Origin: a virus
Taxonomy: Duplodnaviria; Heunggongvirae; Uroviricota; Caudoviricetes
DNA: 37,727 nucleotides
Direction: 5' to 3' (one strand)
IMG/VR virus record: IMGVR_UViG_2909288124_000007
Coordinates: 1-37,727 of that record
In this document: positions 16,067 through 25,211 of the stretch, one piece after another
Position numbering within the stretch: the stretch's first letter is position 1
How the letters are laid out: each line of letters begins with the position of its first letter
Notes under the pieces: generated by a model
The model's database searches: none
Told to the model about the DNA's origin: nothing
Seen by the model: only the letters and a program-made list of their open reading frames with translations
Position numbers and translations under genes: made by a program

Positions 16067-16334
16067 CCCGACAGCAACTATAAATGCGCTGTTATGTGCT
16101 TGTGTTGTTATTACTCTGATGTTTTATCGTCGTGGTGATTCGCGGCATCGTCCTTGGGTTTCACGTTTAGCCTGGCTGATTACTGTTACATACAGTGCTG
16201 TTCCGTTGGCCTATCTCTGTGGGATTTATCCCCATTCCTCATGGCCCATTATCGTGGCGAACACTATTTTTCTTTCCGTGCTGGTGGCCGTCAGAGGCAA
16301 CGTTGCACGTCTGGTTGATCATCTGAGGCACTAA
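16053..16334 (+). CDS. second holin-like/antiholin-like membrane protein
   Basis: 93-aa product with three hydrophobic helices; overlaps neighbours in an operon arrangement. Confidence 0.45.
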   Translation: MELNDPTATINALLCACVVITLMFYRRGDSRHRPWVSRLAWLITVTYSAVPLAYLCGIYPHSSWPIIVANTIFLSVLVAVRGNVARLVDHLRH

Positions 16335-16948
16335 TGAACCAACAATTATTTCAAAAGGCGGCTGGTATTAGCGCCGGGCTGGCTGCGCGCTGGTTTCCGC
16401 ACATTGATGCGGCGATGAAGGAATTCGGCATTACAGCACCAGCGGATCAGGCAATGTTTATCGCTCAGGTAGGCCATGAGTCGATGGGGTTTAGCGCCGT
16501 AGTTGAAAATTTTAACTACACACCATCTGCGCTGGTGGCGACGTTCGGAAAGAGGATCACACAGCAGCAGGCTGATGCCCTTGGCAGAACATCCGGACAT
16601 GCAGCTCGTCAGGATGCTATTGCCAATCTGGTGTATAGCAACCGACTGGGTAACAAAGCACCAGGTGATGGCTGGAAATATCGTGGTAGAGGATTAATTC
16701 AAATCACTGGCCTCCATAATTATCGCATCTGTGGCGCGGCGCTGAAGTTAGATCTGGTGACTTCACCTGAACAACTGGAACAGGAACTACAGGCTGCGCG
16801 CTCAGCTGCATGGTTCTACACCTCGAAAGGTTGCATGATCTACGGTGCCGATATTAACCGTGTTACGCGCATCATTAACGGCGGTTTGAACGGTATTGAG
16901 GATCGTAAGGTCCGATACAACAAGGCGCGGGCGGCGCTGCTGGTATGA
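16334..16948 (+). CDS. endolysin, glycoside hydrolase family 19 (chitinase-like lysozyme)
   Basis: Motifs FIAQVGHESMGF and YRGRGLIQITGLHNY resemble the GH19 signature; position after holins. Confidence 0.75.
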   Translation: MNQQLFQKAAGISAGLAARWFPHIDAAMKEFGITAPADQAMFIAQVGHESMGFSAVVENFNYTPSALVATFGKRITQQQADALGRTSGHAARQDAIANLVYSNRLGNKAPGDGWKYRGRGLIQITGLHNYRICGAALKLDLVTSPEQLEQELQAARSAAWFYTSKGCMIYGADINRVTRIINGGLNGIEDRKVRYNKARAALLV

Positions 16949-17337
16949 AGATGAGTTATTGGGCGCTCATTTTAACGTTTATTGCTTGTGTCGCTGGTGG
17001 TCTTGTCTGGTCAGCGAATCACTATCATGGAAAGTTTCTGGAGGAGCAGAAGCGTGCTGATGCTGCGGAACAGCGAGCTGATTCTACTGAGGCTATCACC
17101 GCGAATGTTCTGCGTACTATGGCAATAACGAACATCATTCAGGAGGCGAATCAACATGCAAAACAGCAGATCGCACTGGAGTCACAGAGAACCCAGGAAG
17201 ATATCAAAGTGGCTGTTGCGGATGATGATTGTGCTTCACGTCCTGTGCCTGCTGCCGCTGCTGACCGGTTGCGGAAGTACGCGAACAGTTTACGTCCAGG
17301 TTCCGGTAGTTCCGTTACCAGCCAGCCTGACGGCTGA
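16945..17337 (+). CDS. i-spanin (Rz-like)
   Basis: N-terminal TM helix (ALILTFIACVAGGLVW) followed by a charged helical periplasmic region; directly after the endolysin. Confidence 0.65.
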   Translation: MKMSYWALILTFIACVAGGLVWSANHYHGKFLEEQKRADAAEQRADSTEAITANVLRTMAITNIIQEANQHAKQQIALESQRTQEDIKVAVADDDCASRPVPAAAADRLRKYANSLRPGSGSSVTSQPDG

Positions 17338-17491
17338 AACCCCTCAGCCTGATTTACCTGATCATTTTACGTGGGGCTCGAGCTTAGATCTGAATGTCGC
17401 CTTGTTGTCTGCATTGGCGCAGTGTAATACCGATAAAGCTGACATCAGAAGGATTGAAGTTGAGCGTGGTCACATCATGCAAAAAAAATGA
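17222..17491 (+). CDS. o-spanin (Rz1-like lipoprotein), overlapping the Rz frame and extending beyond it
   Basis: Start MMIVLHVLCLLPLLTGC with lipobox LLTGC; proline-rich; begins inside the Rz gene in another frame and runs past its stop. Confidence 0.6.
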   Translation: MMIVLHVLCLLPLLTGCGSTRTVYVQVPVVPLPASLTAETPQPDLPDHFTWGSSLDLNVALLSALAQCNTDKADIRRIEVERGHIMQKK

Positions 17492-17583
17492 TGTTAACTT
17501 TGTTTTGTTCCTTGATTTGATATGTGATGGCCCAATAGATACAAAGCACCTGATTTTGGTGACTCTTTTAAAGGGCTTTACAC

Positions 17584-17904
17584 ATGAAAGATGGTATCTA
17601 TTTTGTTGTTTTCAGAAGCAATCAACGTGATTTTGGTAATGGTACCGTAGTTGTCAAAAACAATGCAGTAAACGGCGGAGATTTTGGTTTTACGTATCAG
17701 GGAAAAATTGACGGTAGCCAACTTATTCTGCGCGTATCGCAGCATGATTTAAATGTCACCTCGGTTTTCCCTGGGGTAAAGAACTTTGAATTGAGTCTTT
17801 CTTTGCAGGAACGAGGACGTGATTACCTGTTAAATGGATCTGTGGTCGGAATGCCTCAGATGCAAATTTCAATTAGTGCAAAATACATTGGTGATCTGAT
17901 TTAG
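17584..17904 (+). CDS. GrlR-like protein (T3SS regulator GrlR family) moron
   Basis: MKDGIYFVVFRSNQRDFGNGTVVVKNNAVNGGDFGFTYQG… parallels GrlR (MKDGIYSIIFISNEDSCGEGILIKNGNMITGGDIASVYQG…, from memory); own terminator directly downstream. Confidence 0.55.
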   Translation: MKDGIYFVVFRSNQRDFGNGTVVVKNNAVNGGDFGFTYQGKIDGSQLILRVSQHDLNVTSVFPGVKNFELSLSLQERGRDYLLNGSVVGMPQMQISISAKYIGDLI

Positions 17905-17924
17905 TTTATCGAGATGATAATTGA

Positions 17925-17946
17925 ACCGCCTCCGGGCGGTTTTTTA
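17925..17946 (+). terminator. rho-independent terminator after the GrlR-like gene
   Basis: ACCGCC-tccg-GGCGGT hairpin followed by TTTTTTATT. Confidence 0.75.
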
Positions 17947-17996
17947 TTGCCATTTCTATGGTCTGTTCCATCGTAATAACTTAAAGGGAAGCATTA

Positions 17997-18347
17997 ATGC
18001 CGCCACGAACCCCGAAAGCCTGCCGTGTTCGCGGCTGCCGCCATACCACTACTGACCCTTCAGGCTACTGCGAAAGCCACAAAAGCGAAGGCTGGAAGCA
18101 ATACAAACCTGGACAATCCCGTCATCAGCGCGGCTACGGTTCGAAGTGGGACAGTATCCGCGCGCGTGTTCTGAAGCGTGACAAAGGCCTGTGTCAGTTA
18201 TGTCTGCGTGCTGGTGTGGTGCGTGAGGCGAAAACTGTTGACCACATCATCCCTAAAGCGCATGGCGGCACTGATGCTGACAGTAATCTGCAGAGTCTGT
18301 GCTGGCCGTGTCATAAGGCGAAGACGGCCCGTGAACGGTTGAAGTGA
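17997..18347 (+). CDS. HNH endonuclease (terminase-associated)
   Basis: Cys-rich N-terminus and HNH motif …VDHIIPKAHGGTDADSNLQSLCWPCHKAKT…; immediately upstream of terS, as in HK97-like cos phages. Confidence 0.8.
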   Translation: MPPRTPKACRVRGCRHTTTDPSGYCESHKSEGWKQYKPGQSRHQRGYGSKWDSIRARVLKRDKGLCQLCLRAGVVREAKTVDHIIPKAHGGTDADSNLQSLCWPCHKAKTARERLK

Positions 18348-18472
18348 TAATAATTCTCAACTGCCTGAGGGGAGGGGCGGGTCAAATCCCTGCAACCCAG
18401 GCTGTCCGGGACTGCCCGCCCCATCGTTTTTTTATACCCGCGAAAAATGAAATTTAACCAGGAGTGCCGCAT

Positions 18473-18967
18473 ATGGCTGGAACGGCGGGGCGTTCCGGGC
18501 GTCGCCCCAAGCCAACGGCGCGCAAGGCGCTGGCCGGAAACCCCGGCAAGCGAGCCCTGAATAAAGATGAACCTGTTTTTACGCCCATCAAAGGTGTTGA
18601 GCCACCGGAGTGGTTCGCTGAAGAAGATCTCCCTCTCGCCACGATCATGTGGCAACTGACAACCAAAGAACTCTGCGGTCAGGGCCTGCTGTGCGTGACT
18701 GACCTCGCGGTGCTTGAGCGGTGGTGCGTGGCCTATGAGTTCTGGCGACGTGCCGTGAAAAATATTGCCAGCCAGGGCAACACCATTACCGGTGCAATGG
18801 GCGGTATGGTCAAAAATCCGGAGCTGACCGCCAAGAAAGAACAGGAGTCCGAGATGAGCAGCACTGGGGCAATGCTCGGACTCGACCCCAGCAGCCGCCA
18901 GCGTCTGATTGGCCTGGCGGGGCAGAAGAAAGCCACTAACCCGTTTCTGAAAATCATCGAGTCATGA
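18473..18967 (+). CDS. terminase small subunit (P27 family)
   Basis: [36 protein letters not shown]… matches the P27-type TerS N-terminus; AGGAG 8 nt upstream of ATG 18473 (the annotated ORF starts at an upstream GTG). Confidence 0.8.
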   Translation: MAGTAGRSGRRPKPTARKALAGNPGKRALNKDEPVFTPIKGVEPPEWFAEEDLPLATIMWQLTTKELCGQGLLCVTDLAVLERWCVAYEFWRRAVKNIASQGNTITGAMGGMVKNPELTAKKEQESEMSSTGAMLGLDPSSRQRLIGLAGQKKATNPFLKIIES

Positions 18968-20697
18968 GCCGGAAATCTTACCCCAACGTAAATGCTGCCA
19001 ATCAGTATGCCCGGGATGTCGTGCGCGGAAAGATTGTTGCCTGCCAGTTTGTGATTCAGGCCTGCCAGCGCCATCTTGATGACCTGATGGCGGAAAAAAG
19101 TAAGTCGTTTCGTTACCGCTTCGACAAGGACCTGGCTGAACGGGCCGCGAAATTTATTCAGCTGTTGCCGCACACCAAGGGTGAGTGGGCATTCAAACGG
19201 ATGCCCATCACGCTGGAGCCGTGGCAGCTATTTGTGATCTGCTGTGCGTTTGGCTGGGTCAATAAAGGCACCCGGTTGCGCCGCTTCCGGGAGGTGTATA
19301 CCGAAATCCCCCGTAAGAACGGCAAATCAGCAATCTCTGCCGGTGTTGCCCTGTATTGTTTTGCCTGTGATAACGAGTTTGGCGCGGAAGTGTATTCCGG
19401 TGCCACGACAGAGAAACAGGCGTGGGAAGTCTTTCGCCCGGCGCGACTGATGTGTAAACGCACACCCATGCTGACGGAAGCGTTCGGGATTGAGGTTAAC
19501 GCCTCAAACATGAACCGTCCGGAGGATGGCGCGCGGTTTGAACCGCTGATCGGCAACCCCGGTGATGGTTCATCACCCCACTGTGCCGTGGTTGATGAAT
19601 ATCACGAGCATGCCACCGATGCGCTTTATACCACAATGCTTACCGGGATGGGGGCGCGACGTCAGCCACTGATGTGGGCCATCACCACCGCCGGGTACAA
19701 CATTGAGGGGCCGTGCTACGACAAGCGGCGGGAAGTCATCGAGATGCTCAACGGCTCGGTGCCTAACGATGAACTGTTCGGGATCATCTATACCGTTGAT
19801 GAAGGTGACGACTGGACCGACCCGCAGGTGCTGGAAAAAGCCAATCCAAATATTGGCGTGTCGGTTTATCGCGAATTTTTGTTAAGTCAGCAGCAGCGTG
19901 CGAAAAATAACGCCCGTCTGGCAAACGTCTTTAAAACAAAACACCTCAATATCTGGGTGTCGGCACGTTCGGCGTATTTCAACCTGGTGAGCTGGCAGAG
20001 CTGCGAGGATAAATCACTGACCCTTGAGCAGTTCGAGGGGCAGCCGTGCATTCTGGCCTTTGACCTGGCGCGTAAGCTGGATATGAACAGCATGGCGCGA
20101 CTTTATACCCGCGAGATTGACGGTAAAACGCATTACTACAGTGTGGCCCCGCGCTTCTGGGTACCGTATGACACGGTGTACAGCGTCGAGAAAAATGAAG
20201 ATAGACGGACAGCCGAACGCTTTCAGAAATGGGTGGAAATGGGCGTCCTGACCGTTACCGATGGTGCAGAGGTGGATTATCGCTACATCCTCGAAGAGGC
20301 CAAAGCGGCGAACAAAATCAGCCCGGTCAGTGAGTCACCCATCGACCCCTTCGGGGCGACCGGGCTGTCACATGACCTTGCTGATGAAGATCTGAATCCC
20401 GTCACTATCGTCCAGAACTTCGCCAATATGTCCGATCCGATGAAAGAGCTGGAAGCAGCGATTGAATCGGGACGCTTTCATCATGACGGCAATCCCATCA
20501 TGACCTGGTGTATCGGCAATGTGGTCGGCAAAAACATGCCAGGTAACGATGATTTAGTGAAGCCCGTCAAGGAGCAGGCGGAAAACAAAATCGATGGTGC
20601 GGTTGCACTGATTATGACGATCGGTCGGGCAATGCTCAAAGAACCTGACGATTTCCTCTCATCTCTTGATCCGGACGATGATCTCTTAATTCTATGA
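18964..20697 (+). CDS. terminase large subunit
   Basis: 577-aa ORF coupled to terS (ATGA overlap); size and position are canonical. ATPase/nuclease motifs not individually verified. Confidence 0.85.
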   Translation: MSRKSYPNVNAANQYARDVVRGKIVACQFVIQACQRHLDDLMAEKSKSFRYRFDKDLAERAAKFIQLLPHTKGEWAFKRMPITLEPWQLFVICCAFGWVNKGTRLRRFREVYTEIPRKNGKSAISAGVALYCFACDNEFGAEVYSGATTEKQAWEVFRPARLMCKRTPMLTEAFGIEVNASNMNRPEDGARFEPLIGNPGDGSSPHCAVVDEYHEHATDALYTTMLTGMGARRQPLMWAITTAGYNIEGPCYDKRREVIEMLNGSVPNDELFGIIYTVDEGDDWTDPQVLEKANPNIGVSVYREFLLSQQQRAKNNARLANVFKTKHLNIWVSARSAYFNLVSWQSCEDKSLTLEQFEGQPCILAFDLARKLDMNSMARLYTREIDGKTHYYSVAPRFWVPYDTVYSVEKNEDRRTAERFQKWVEMGVLTVTDGAEVDYRYILEEAKAANKISPVSESPIDPFGATGLSHDLADEDLNPVTIVQNFANMSDPMKELEAAIESGRFHHDGNPIMTWCIGNVVGKNMPGNDDLVKPVKEQAENKIDGAVALIMTIGRAMLKEPDDFLSSLDPDDDLLIL

Positions 20698-20855
20698 AAT
20701 CACTAATTGCTGATGTTATCGGGCTGGCTGGTTTTGGCCTGCTTACGTGCGGGGTTTACCTGCAGTTTGGTATGGCTCCGGCTCTGATTTTGTCCGGTGC
20801 TTTACTGCTGGTGGGCGCACTGGCTATGGTCAGAAGGGGGACGCGTGCTGCTTGA
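20694..20855 (+). CDS. possible small membrane protein (53 aa, two hydrophobic segments) between terL and portal
   Basis: ATG overlaps terL stop (ATGA); product [53 protein letters not shown]; overlaps the portal start region. Confidence 0.3.
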   Translation: MKSLIADVIGLAGFGLLTCGVYLQFGMAPALILSGALLLVGALAMVRRGTRAA

Positions 20856-22071
20856 TGCTCTGTTCAGAAGTAAATCACTGGAGAATCCTTCCACCCCGAT
20901 AACCGGGGATGCCGTTGATACTGATGGGCTGTTCCGGGCAGACGTTTATGTCAGTCCTGAGACTGCGATGAAACTGGCTGCGGTGTATTCCTGTATCTAT
21001 GTCCTGTCTTCCAGCCTTGCCCAGATGCCATTGCATGTTATGCGCAGGCACAATGGGAAGGTTGAGCCCGCACGCGATCATCCGGCGTTTTATCTGGTTC
21101 ATGATGAGCCCAATACCTGGCAAACCAGTTACAAATGGCGCGAACTGAAGCAACGTCACATCCTTGGCTGGGGGAATGGGTATACCTGGGTGAAACGTAA
21201 TCGTCGCGGTGAAGTCATATCCCTGGATTGCTGTATGCCGTGGGAAACGACGCTTATGAATACTGGTGGCCGATACACCTACGGTTTGTACAACGAATAT
21301 GGGGCGTTTGCGATCAGCCCCGACGATATGATCCACATCCGAGCGCTGGGTAATAATCAGAAGATGGGGCTGAGTCCGATTATGCAACATGCCGAAACAA
21401 TAGGCATGGGGATGAGCGGTCAGAAATACACAGAAAGCTTCTTCAGCGGTAATGCCCGTCCGGCGGGGATAGTATCCGTTAAAAGCGGACTCAATAAGGA
21501 AAGCTGGGGCTGGCTTAAAGATCAGTGGCAGAAGGCATCGCAGGCGTTACGCCGCCAGGAAAACAAAACCATGCTGCTGCCAGCCGATCTGGATTACAAG
21601 GCACTGACTGTGTCGCCAGTTGACGCTCAGATCATTGACATGATGAAGCTGAACCGTTCAATGATCGCCGGTATTTTCAATATTCCTGCGCACATGATTA
21701 ATGACCTCGAAAAAGCCACCTTCTCCAATATTTCTGCGCAGGCGATTCAGTTTGTCCGCTACACGATGATGCCGTGGGTGACGAACTGGGAGCAGGAGCT
21801 TAACCGTCGCTTGTTTACCCGCGCTGAGTTAGCCGCCGGGTATTACGTCAGGTTCAATCTGACGGGGCTTTTACGCGGAACTCCGCAGGAGCGCGCGCAA
21901 TTCTATCACTTCGCTATTACCGATGGATGGATGAGCCGTAATGAGGCCCGCGCATTTGAGGATATGAATCCGGTTGAAGGGCTGGACGAGATGCTGGTAA
22001 GCGTGAATGCTGCTAACCCGGCAGGAGATTTTAAGCCCCCAAAAAACGATGAGGGAAAAACCAATGAATGA
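20845..22071 (+). CDS. portal protein (HK97 family)
   Basis: Large ORF following terminase; N-terminal region …SPETAMKLAAVYSCIYVLSSSLAQMPLHV… typical of HK97-type portals; start uncertain (GTG 20845 after AGGGGG, or GTG 20797). Confidence 0.8.
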   Translation: MLLDALFRSKSLENPSTPITGDAVDTDGLFRADVYVSPETAMKLAAVYSCIYVLSSSLAQMPLHVMRRHNGKVEPARDHPAFYLVHDEPNTWQTSYKWRELKQRHILGWGNGYTWVKRNRRGEVISLDCCMPWETTLMNTGGRYTYGLYNEYGAFAISPDDMIHIRALGNNQKMGLSPIMQHAETIGMGMSGQKYTESFFSGNARPAGIVSVKSGLNKESWGWLKDQWQKASQALRRQENKTMLLPADLDYKALTVSPVDAQIIDMMKLNRSMIAGIFNIPAHMINDLEKATFSNISAQAIQFVRYTMMPWVTNWEQELNRRLFTRAELAAGYYVRFNLTGLLRGTPQERAQFYHFAITDGWMSRNEARAFEDMNPVEGLDEMLVSVNAANPAGDFKPPKNDEGKTNE

Positions 22072-22666
22072 CCGTGAAATCCGTTGTTACAGCGGTGAGG
22101 TGCGTGCTGAGCGGCATGACGATAACCCGGCGCACATTATCGGTTATGGATCGGTGTTTGACTGTCGTTCTGAGCTGATATTCGGTTCATTCCGCGAAAT
22201 CATCCGGCCCGGCGCTTTTGACAATGTGCTTGGTGATGATGTACGCGCACTGTTTAACCACGATCCTAATTTTATTCTTGGGCGTAGTGCAGCAGGCACG
22301 CTGAATCTTTCAGTTGATGAGCGCGGATTACGCTATGACATCCAGGCTCCGGAGACACAGACCATTCGTGATCTGGTGCTGGCCCCGATGCAACGTGGAG
22401 ATATTAACCAGTCATCTTTCGCTTTCCGTGTCGCCCGTGACGGTGAGGAGTGGTATCAGGATGAGGACGGGGTTGTTATTCGCGAGATAACCCGCTTTTC
22501 CCGTCTGCTGGATGTCAGTCCTGTGACATATCCTGCCTATCAGGAGGCTGACTCGGCTGTTCGCTCCATGAAAGCATGGCAGGAGGCGCGCAACAGCGGC
22601 GCGCTACAGAAAGCCATTAATCAACGTATGGCGCGTGAACGCGTCCTGACCCTTCTTAACGCGTAA
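22064..22666 (+). CDS. prohead protease (HK97 family)
   Basis: Follows portal with start/stop overlap; product about 200 aa, family assigned from position and general resemblance to HK97-type proteases. Confidence 0.7.
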   Translation: MNDREIRCYSGEVRAERHDDNPAHIIGYGSVFDCRSELIFGSFREIIRPGAFDNVLGDDVRALFNHDPNFILGRSAAGTLNLSVDERGLRYDIQAPETQTIRDLVLAPMQRGDINQSSFAFRVARDGEEWYQDEDGVVIREITRFSRLLDVSPVTYPAYQEADSAVRSMKAWQEARNSGALQKAINQRMARERVLTLLNA

Positions 22667-22676
22667 AGGAAACATC

Positions 22677-23906
22677 ATGAAACTGCATGAACTGAAACAG
22701 AAACGTAATACTATCGCAACTGACATGCGCGCCCTGAATGAAAAAATTGGTGATAACGCATGGACGGAAGAGCAGCGCACTGAGTGGAACAAAGCAAAAT
22801 CCGAACTGGAAGCGCTTGATGAACGAATTGCACGCGAAGAAGAACTGCGTCGTCAGGATCAGGCGTACATTGAAAGCAATGAGGAAGAGCAGCGTCAGAA
22901 TCTTGATCCGGAAAACAATTCGCAACAGGATGAGAAACGAGCTCAGGTTTTTGATAAGTGGATGCGTCACGGTGCCAGTGAGCTGACATCAGAAGAGCGA
23001 AAGGCGTTGCGTGAACTTCGTGCCCAGGGTGTAGCTCAGGATGAAAAGGGCGGATATACCGTACCAGAAACATTCCTGGCGAAAGTTGTTGAGAAGATGA
23101 AATCCTACGGTGGCATCGCCAGTGTGGCGCAGATTCTGACCACTTCTGACGGTCGCACCATGGAGTGGGCAACAGCTGATGGTACATCCGAAGTTGGTGT
23201 TCTGCTGGGCGAAAATGAAGAAGCCGGTGAAGAAGACACCGATTTCGGTATGGGAAGTCTTGGGGCGCTCAAAATGACATCGAAAATCATTCGTGTGTCT
23301 AATGAGTTGCTGCAGGACAGCGCGATCGATATGGAAGCTTATCTTGCCCGTCGCATTGCTGAACGTATTGGTCGTGGTGAAGCCCGTTATCTGATTCAGG
23401 GGACGGGGGCTGGTACGCCTAAACAACCCAAAGGGCTGGCAGCATCAGTGACCGGCACAACACAGACTGCCGTGGCAAATGCGGTGAAGTGGCAGGAAAT
23501 TCTGGCTCTGAAACACAGCATTGATCCTGCATATCGTCGCGGACCGAAATTCCGCCTGGCGTTTAACGATAATACGCTGAAACTGATCAGTGAGATGGAA
23601 GATGGTCAGGGACGCCCTTTATGGTTGCCGGATATTGTTGGTGTGGCACCTGCTTCAGTGTTGAATGTACCGTATGTCATTGATCAGGAAATTGATGATA
23701 TCGGGGCGGGTAAAAAATTCATGTTCTGTGGTGACTTTGATCGCTTCATTATCCGTCGTGTGCGATACATGATTCTTAAACGTCTGGTTGAGCGTTACGC
23801 AGAATATGATCAGACCGGTTTTCTGGCCTTCCATCGTTTTGACTGTATCCTGGAAGACACCTCTGCCATTAAAGCGCTGGTGGGGAAAGGTAGCGTTGGT
23901 GGTTGA
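22677..23906 (+). CDS. major capsid protein (HK97 fold) with N-terminal coiled-coil delta domain
   Basis: 409 aa; N-terminus highly charged and helical (…RALNEKIGDNAWTEEQRTEWNKAKSELEALDERIAREEELRRQDQ…), as in scaffold-domain-containing HK97 capsid proteins; strong terminator follows. Confidence 0.8.
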   Translation: MKLHELKQKRNTIATDMRALNEKIGDNAWTEEQRTEWNKAKSELEALDERIAREEELRRQDQAYIESNEEEQRQNLDPENNSQQDEKRAQVFDKWMRHGASELTSEERKALRELRAQGVAQDEKGGYTVPETFLAKVVEKMKSYGGIASVAQILTTSDGRTMEWATADGTSEVGVLLGENEEAGEEDTDFGMGSLGALKMTSKIIRVSNELLQDSAIDMEAYLARRIAERIGRGEARYLIQGTGAGTPKQPKGLAASVTGTTQTAVANAVKWQEILALKHSIDPAYRRGPKFRLAFNDNTLKLISEMEDGQGRPLWLPDIVGVAPASVLNVPYVIDQEIDDIGAGKKFMFCGDFDRFIIRRVRYMILKRLVERYAEYDQTGFLAFHRFDCILEDTSAIKALVGKGSVGG

Positions 23907-23930
23907 TTAGTCTTTTTACGTAATACAGCA

Positions 23931-23952
23931 CGCCGCGTAATGCGGTTTTTTT
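23931..23952 (+). terminator. rho-independent terminator after the major capsid gene
   Basis: CCGC-gtaat-GCGG hairpin followed by a 7-T run. Confidence 0.65.
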
Positions 23953-23984
23953 GTGCCCGCGTTCTGGCGGGCACAGGAGGTTTT

Positions 23985-24308
23985 ATGCTGTTAAAAATGG
24001 AAGAGATTAAGCTTCAGCTTCGTCTGGATGATGATTTCTCTGATGAAGATGAGTTGCTTGAACTGCTTGGGAAGGCCGCTCAGAGTCGGACGGAAAACTT
24101 CCTTAACCGTACGTTGTATGCAACCGCAGATGACAGGCCTGCGGATGATCCTGATGGGCTTGTGATATCTGATGATGTGAAGCTGGCGCTCCTGCTACTT
24201 GTCAGCCATTTCTACGAAAACCGCTCAACGGTTACAGACGTTGAGAAAATGGAGTTGCCAATGAGCTTTAACTGGTTGGTTGCTCCTTATCGCCTTATAC
24301 CACTATGA
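23985..24308 (+). CDS. head-tail connector protein (gp6-like)
   Basis: AGGAGG RBS before ATG 23985; product MLLKMEEIKLQLRLDDDFSDEDELLELLGKAAQ… resembles the gp6-like connector N-terminus. Confidence 0.6.
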   Translation: MLLKMEEIKLQLRLDDDFSDEDELLELLGKAAQSRTENFLNRTLYATADDRPADDPDGLVISDDVKLALLLLVSHFYENRSTVTDVEKMELPMSFNWLVAPYRLIPL

Positions 24309-24715
24309 AAATTCGTCAGGCGCAGACCAGCGCAACCTACATTCTGCCTGACCCAGGCGAGCTGAATAAACGCGTCCTGATCCGCCAGCGGGTGGATATG
24401 CCCGCGGATAACTTTGGCGTGGAGCCTCAATACCCGGTTGCGTTCCGGGCATGGGCGAAGGTTATCCAGACCAGTGCCACCACCTGGCAGGAAACCGCGC
24501 AGATCGGAGACGCCATCACCCATTACATCACCATTCGCTACCGCCGGGGGATCACTGTTGATTATGAGGTGGTCTGTGATGACAGTGTGTACCGGGTGAA
24601 ACGTCAGCGTGATCTGAACGGGGCGCGGCGCTTTCTGCTGCTGGAGTGTACGGAACTGGGTGCCGAAGAACAAATGGGAGGACGCAGTGGAGCAGACAGC
24701 ATTTTTACACGTTGA
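24305..24715 (+). CDS. head closure / head-tail adaptor protein
   Basis: 136-aa ORF coupled to the connector gene; assignment by position and size. Confidence 0.55.
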   Translation: MKIRQAQTSATYILPDPGELNKRVLIRQRVDMPADNFGVEPQYPVAFRAWAKVIQTSATTWQETAQIGDAITHYITIRYRRGITVDYEVVCDDSVYRVKRQRDLNGARRFLLLECTELGAEEQMGGRSGADSIFTR

Positions 24716-25211
24716 TTTCAAACAACCGGAGGAGATGGAGTTTAATCGTGCCAGGCTCCGAAGGGCATTTGTTCAAATCGGGCGTGTCTATATGCGTGAT
24801 GCCCGGCGGCTGGTGATGCGACGTGGTCGGTCTGCTCCAGGTGAAAACCCCGGCTATCAGACCGGACGACTTGCGCGTTCTATAGGTTATTACGTCCCCC
24901 GTAAAAGCTCCCGTCGTTCTGGCCTGATGGTCAGGATTTCCCCTAACCAGAAAAACGGGCAGGGTAACCGGCGTTTTCCTGAAGGTTCTGCGTATTATCC
25001 GGCGTTTCTGTATTACGGTGTGCGTCATGCCGCATACGGGATGAGCAAAAAGGATAAGCGCCAGAAAAAGCAGCATTCATCCCGCTGGCGGCTGGCACCA
25101 CGTAATAACTTTATGGCTGATGTCATCGACCAGCGTCGTTACTGGACACAAAAGTTACTGTCCCGTGAGTTACAGCGGTCATTACGTCCTGTAAGAAGGA
25201 AAAAAACATGA
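24660..25211 (+). CDS. HK97 gp10-like tail/neck component
   Basis: Basic protein in the neck gene block; start uncertain (overlaps previous gene by 56 nt; alternative ATG 24735). Confidence 0.5.
   Translation: MPKNKWEDAVEQTAFLHVDFKQPEEMEFNRARLRRAFVQIGRVYMRDARRLVMRRGRSAPGENPGYQTGRLARSIGYYVPRKSSRRSGLMVRISPNQKNGQGNRRFPEGSAYYPAFLYYGVRHAAYGMSKKDKRQKKQHSSRWRLAPRNNFMADVIDQRRYWTQKLLSRELQRSLRPVRRKKT

Noticed and set aside
20875-21390. 171-aa minus-strand ORF inside the portal gene
   Set aside because: Antisense to a well-supported structural gene within a uniformly plus-strand late operon; typical shadow ORF.
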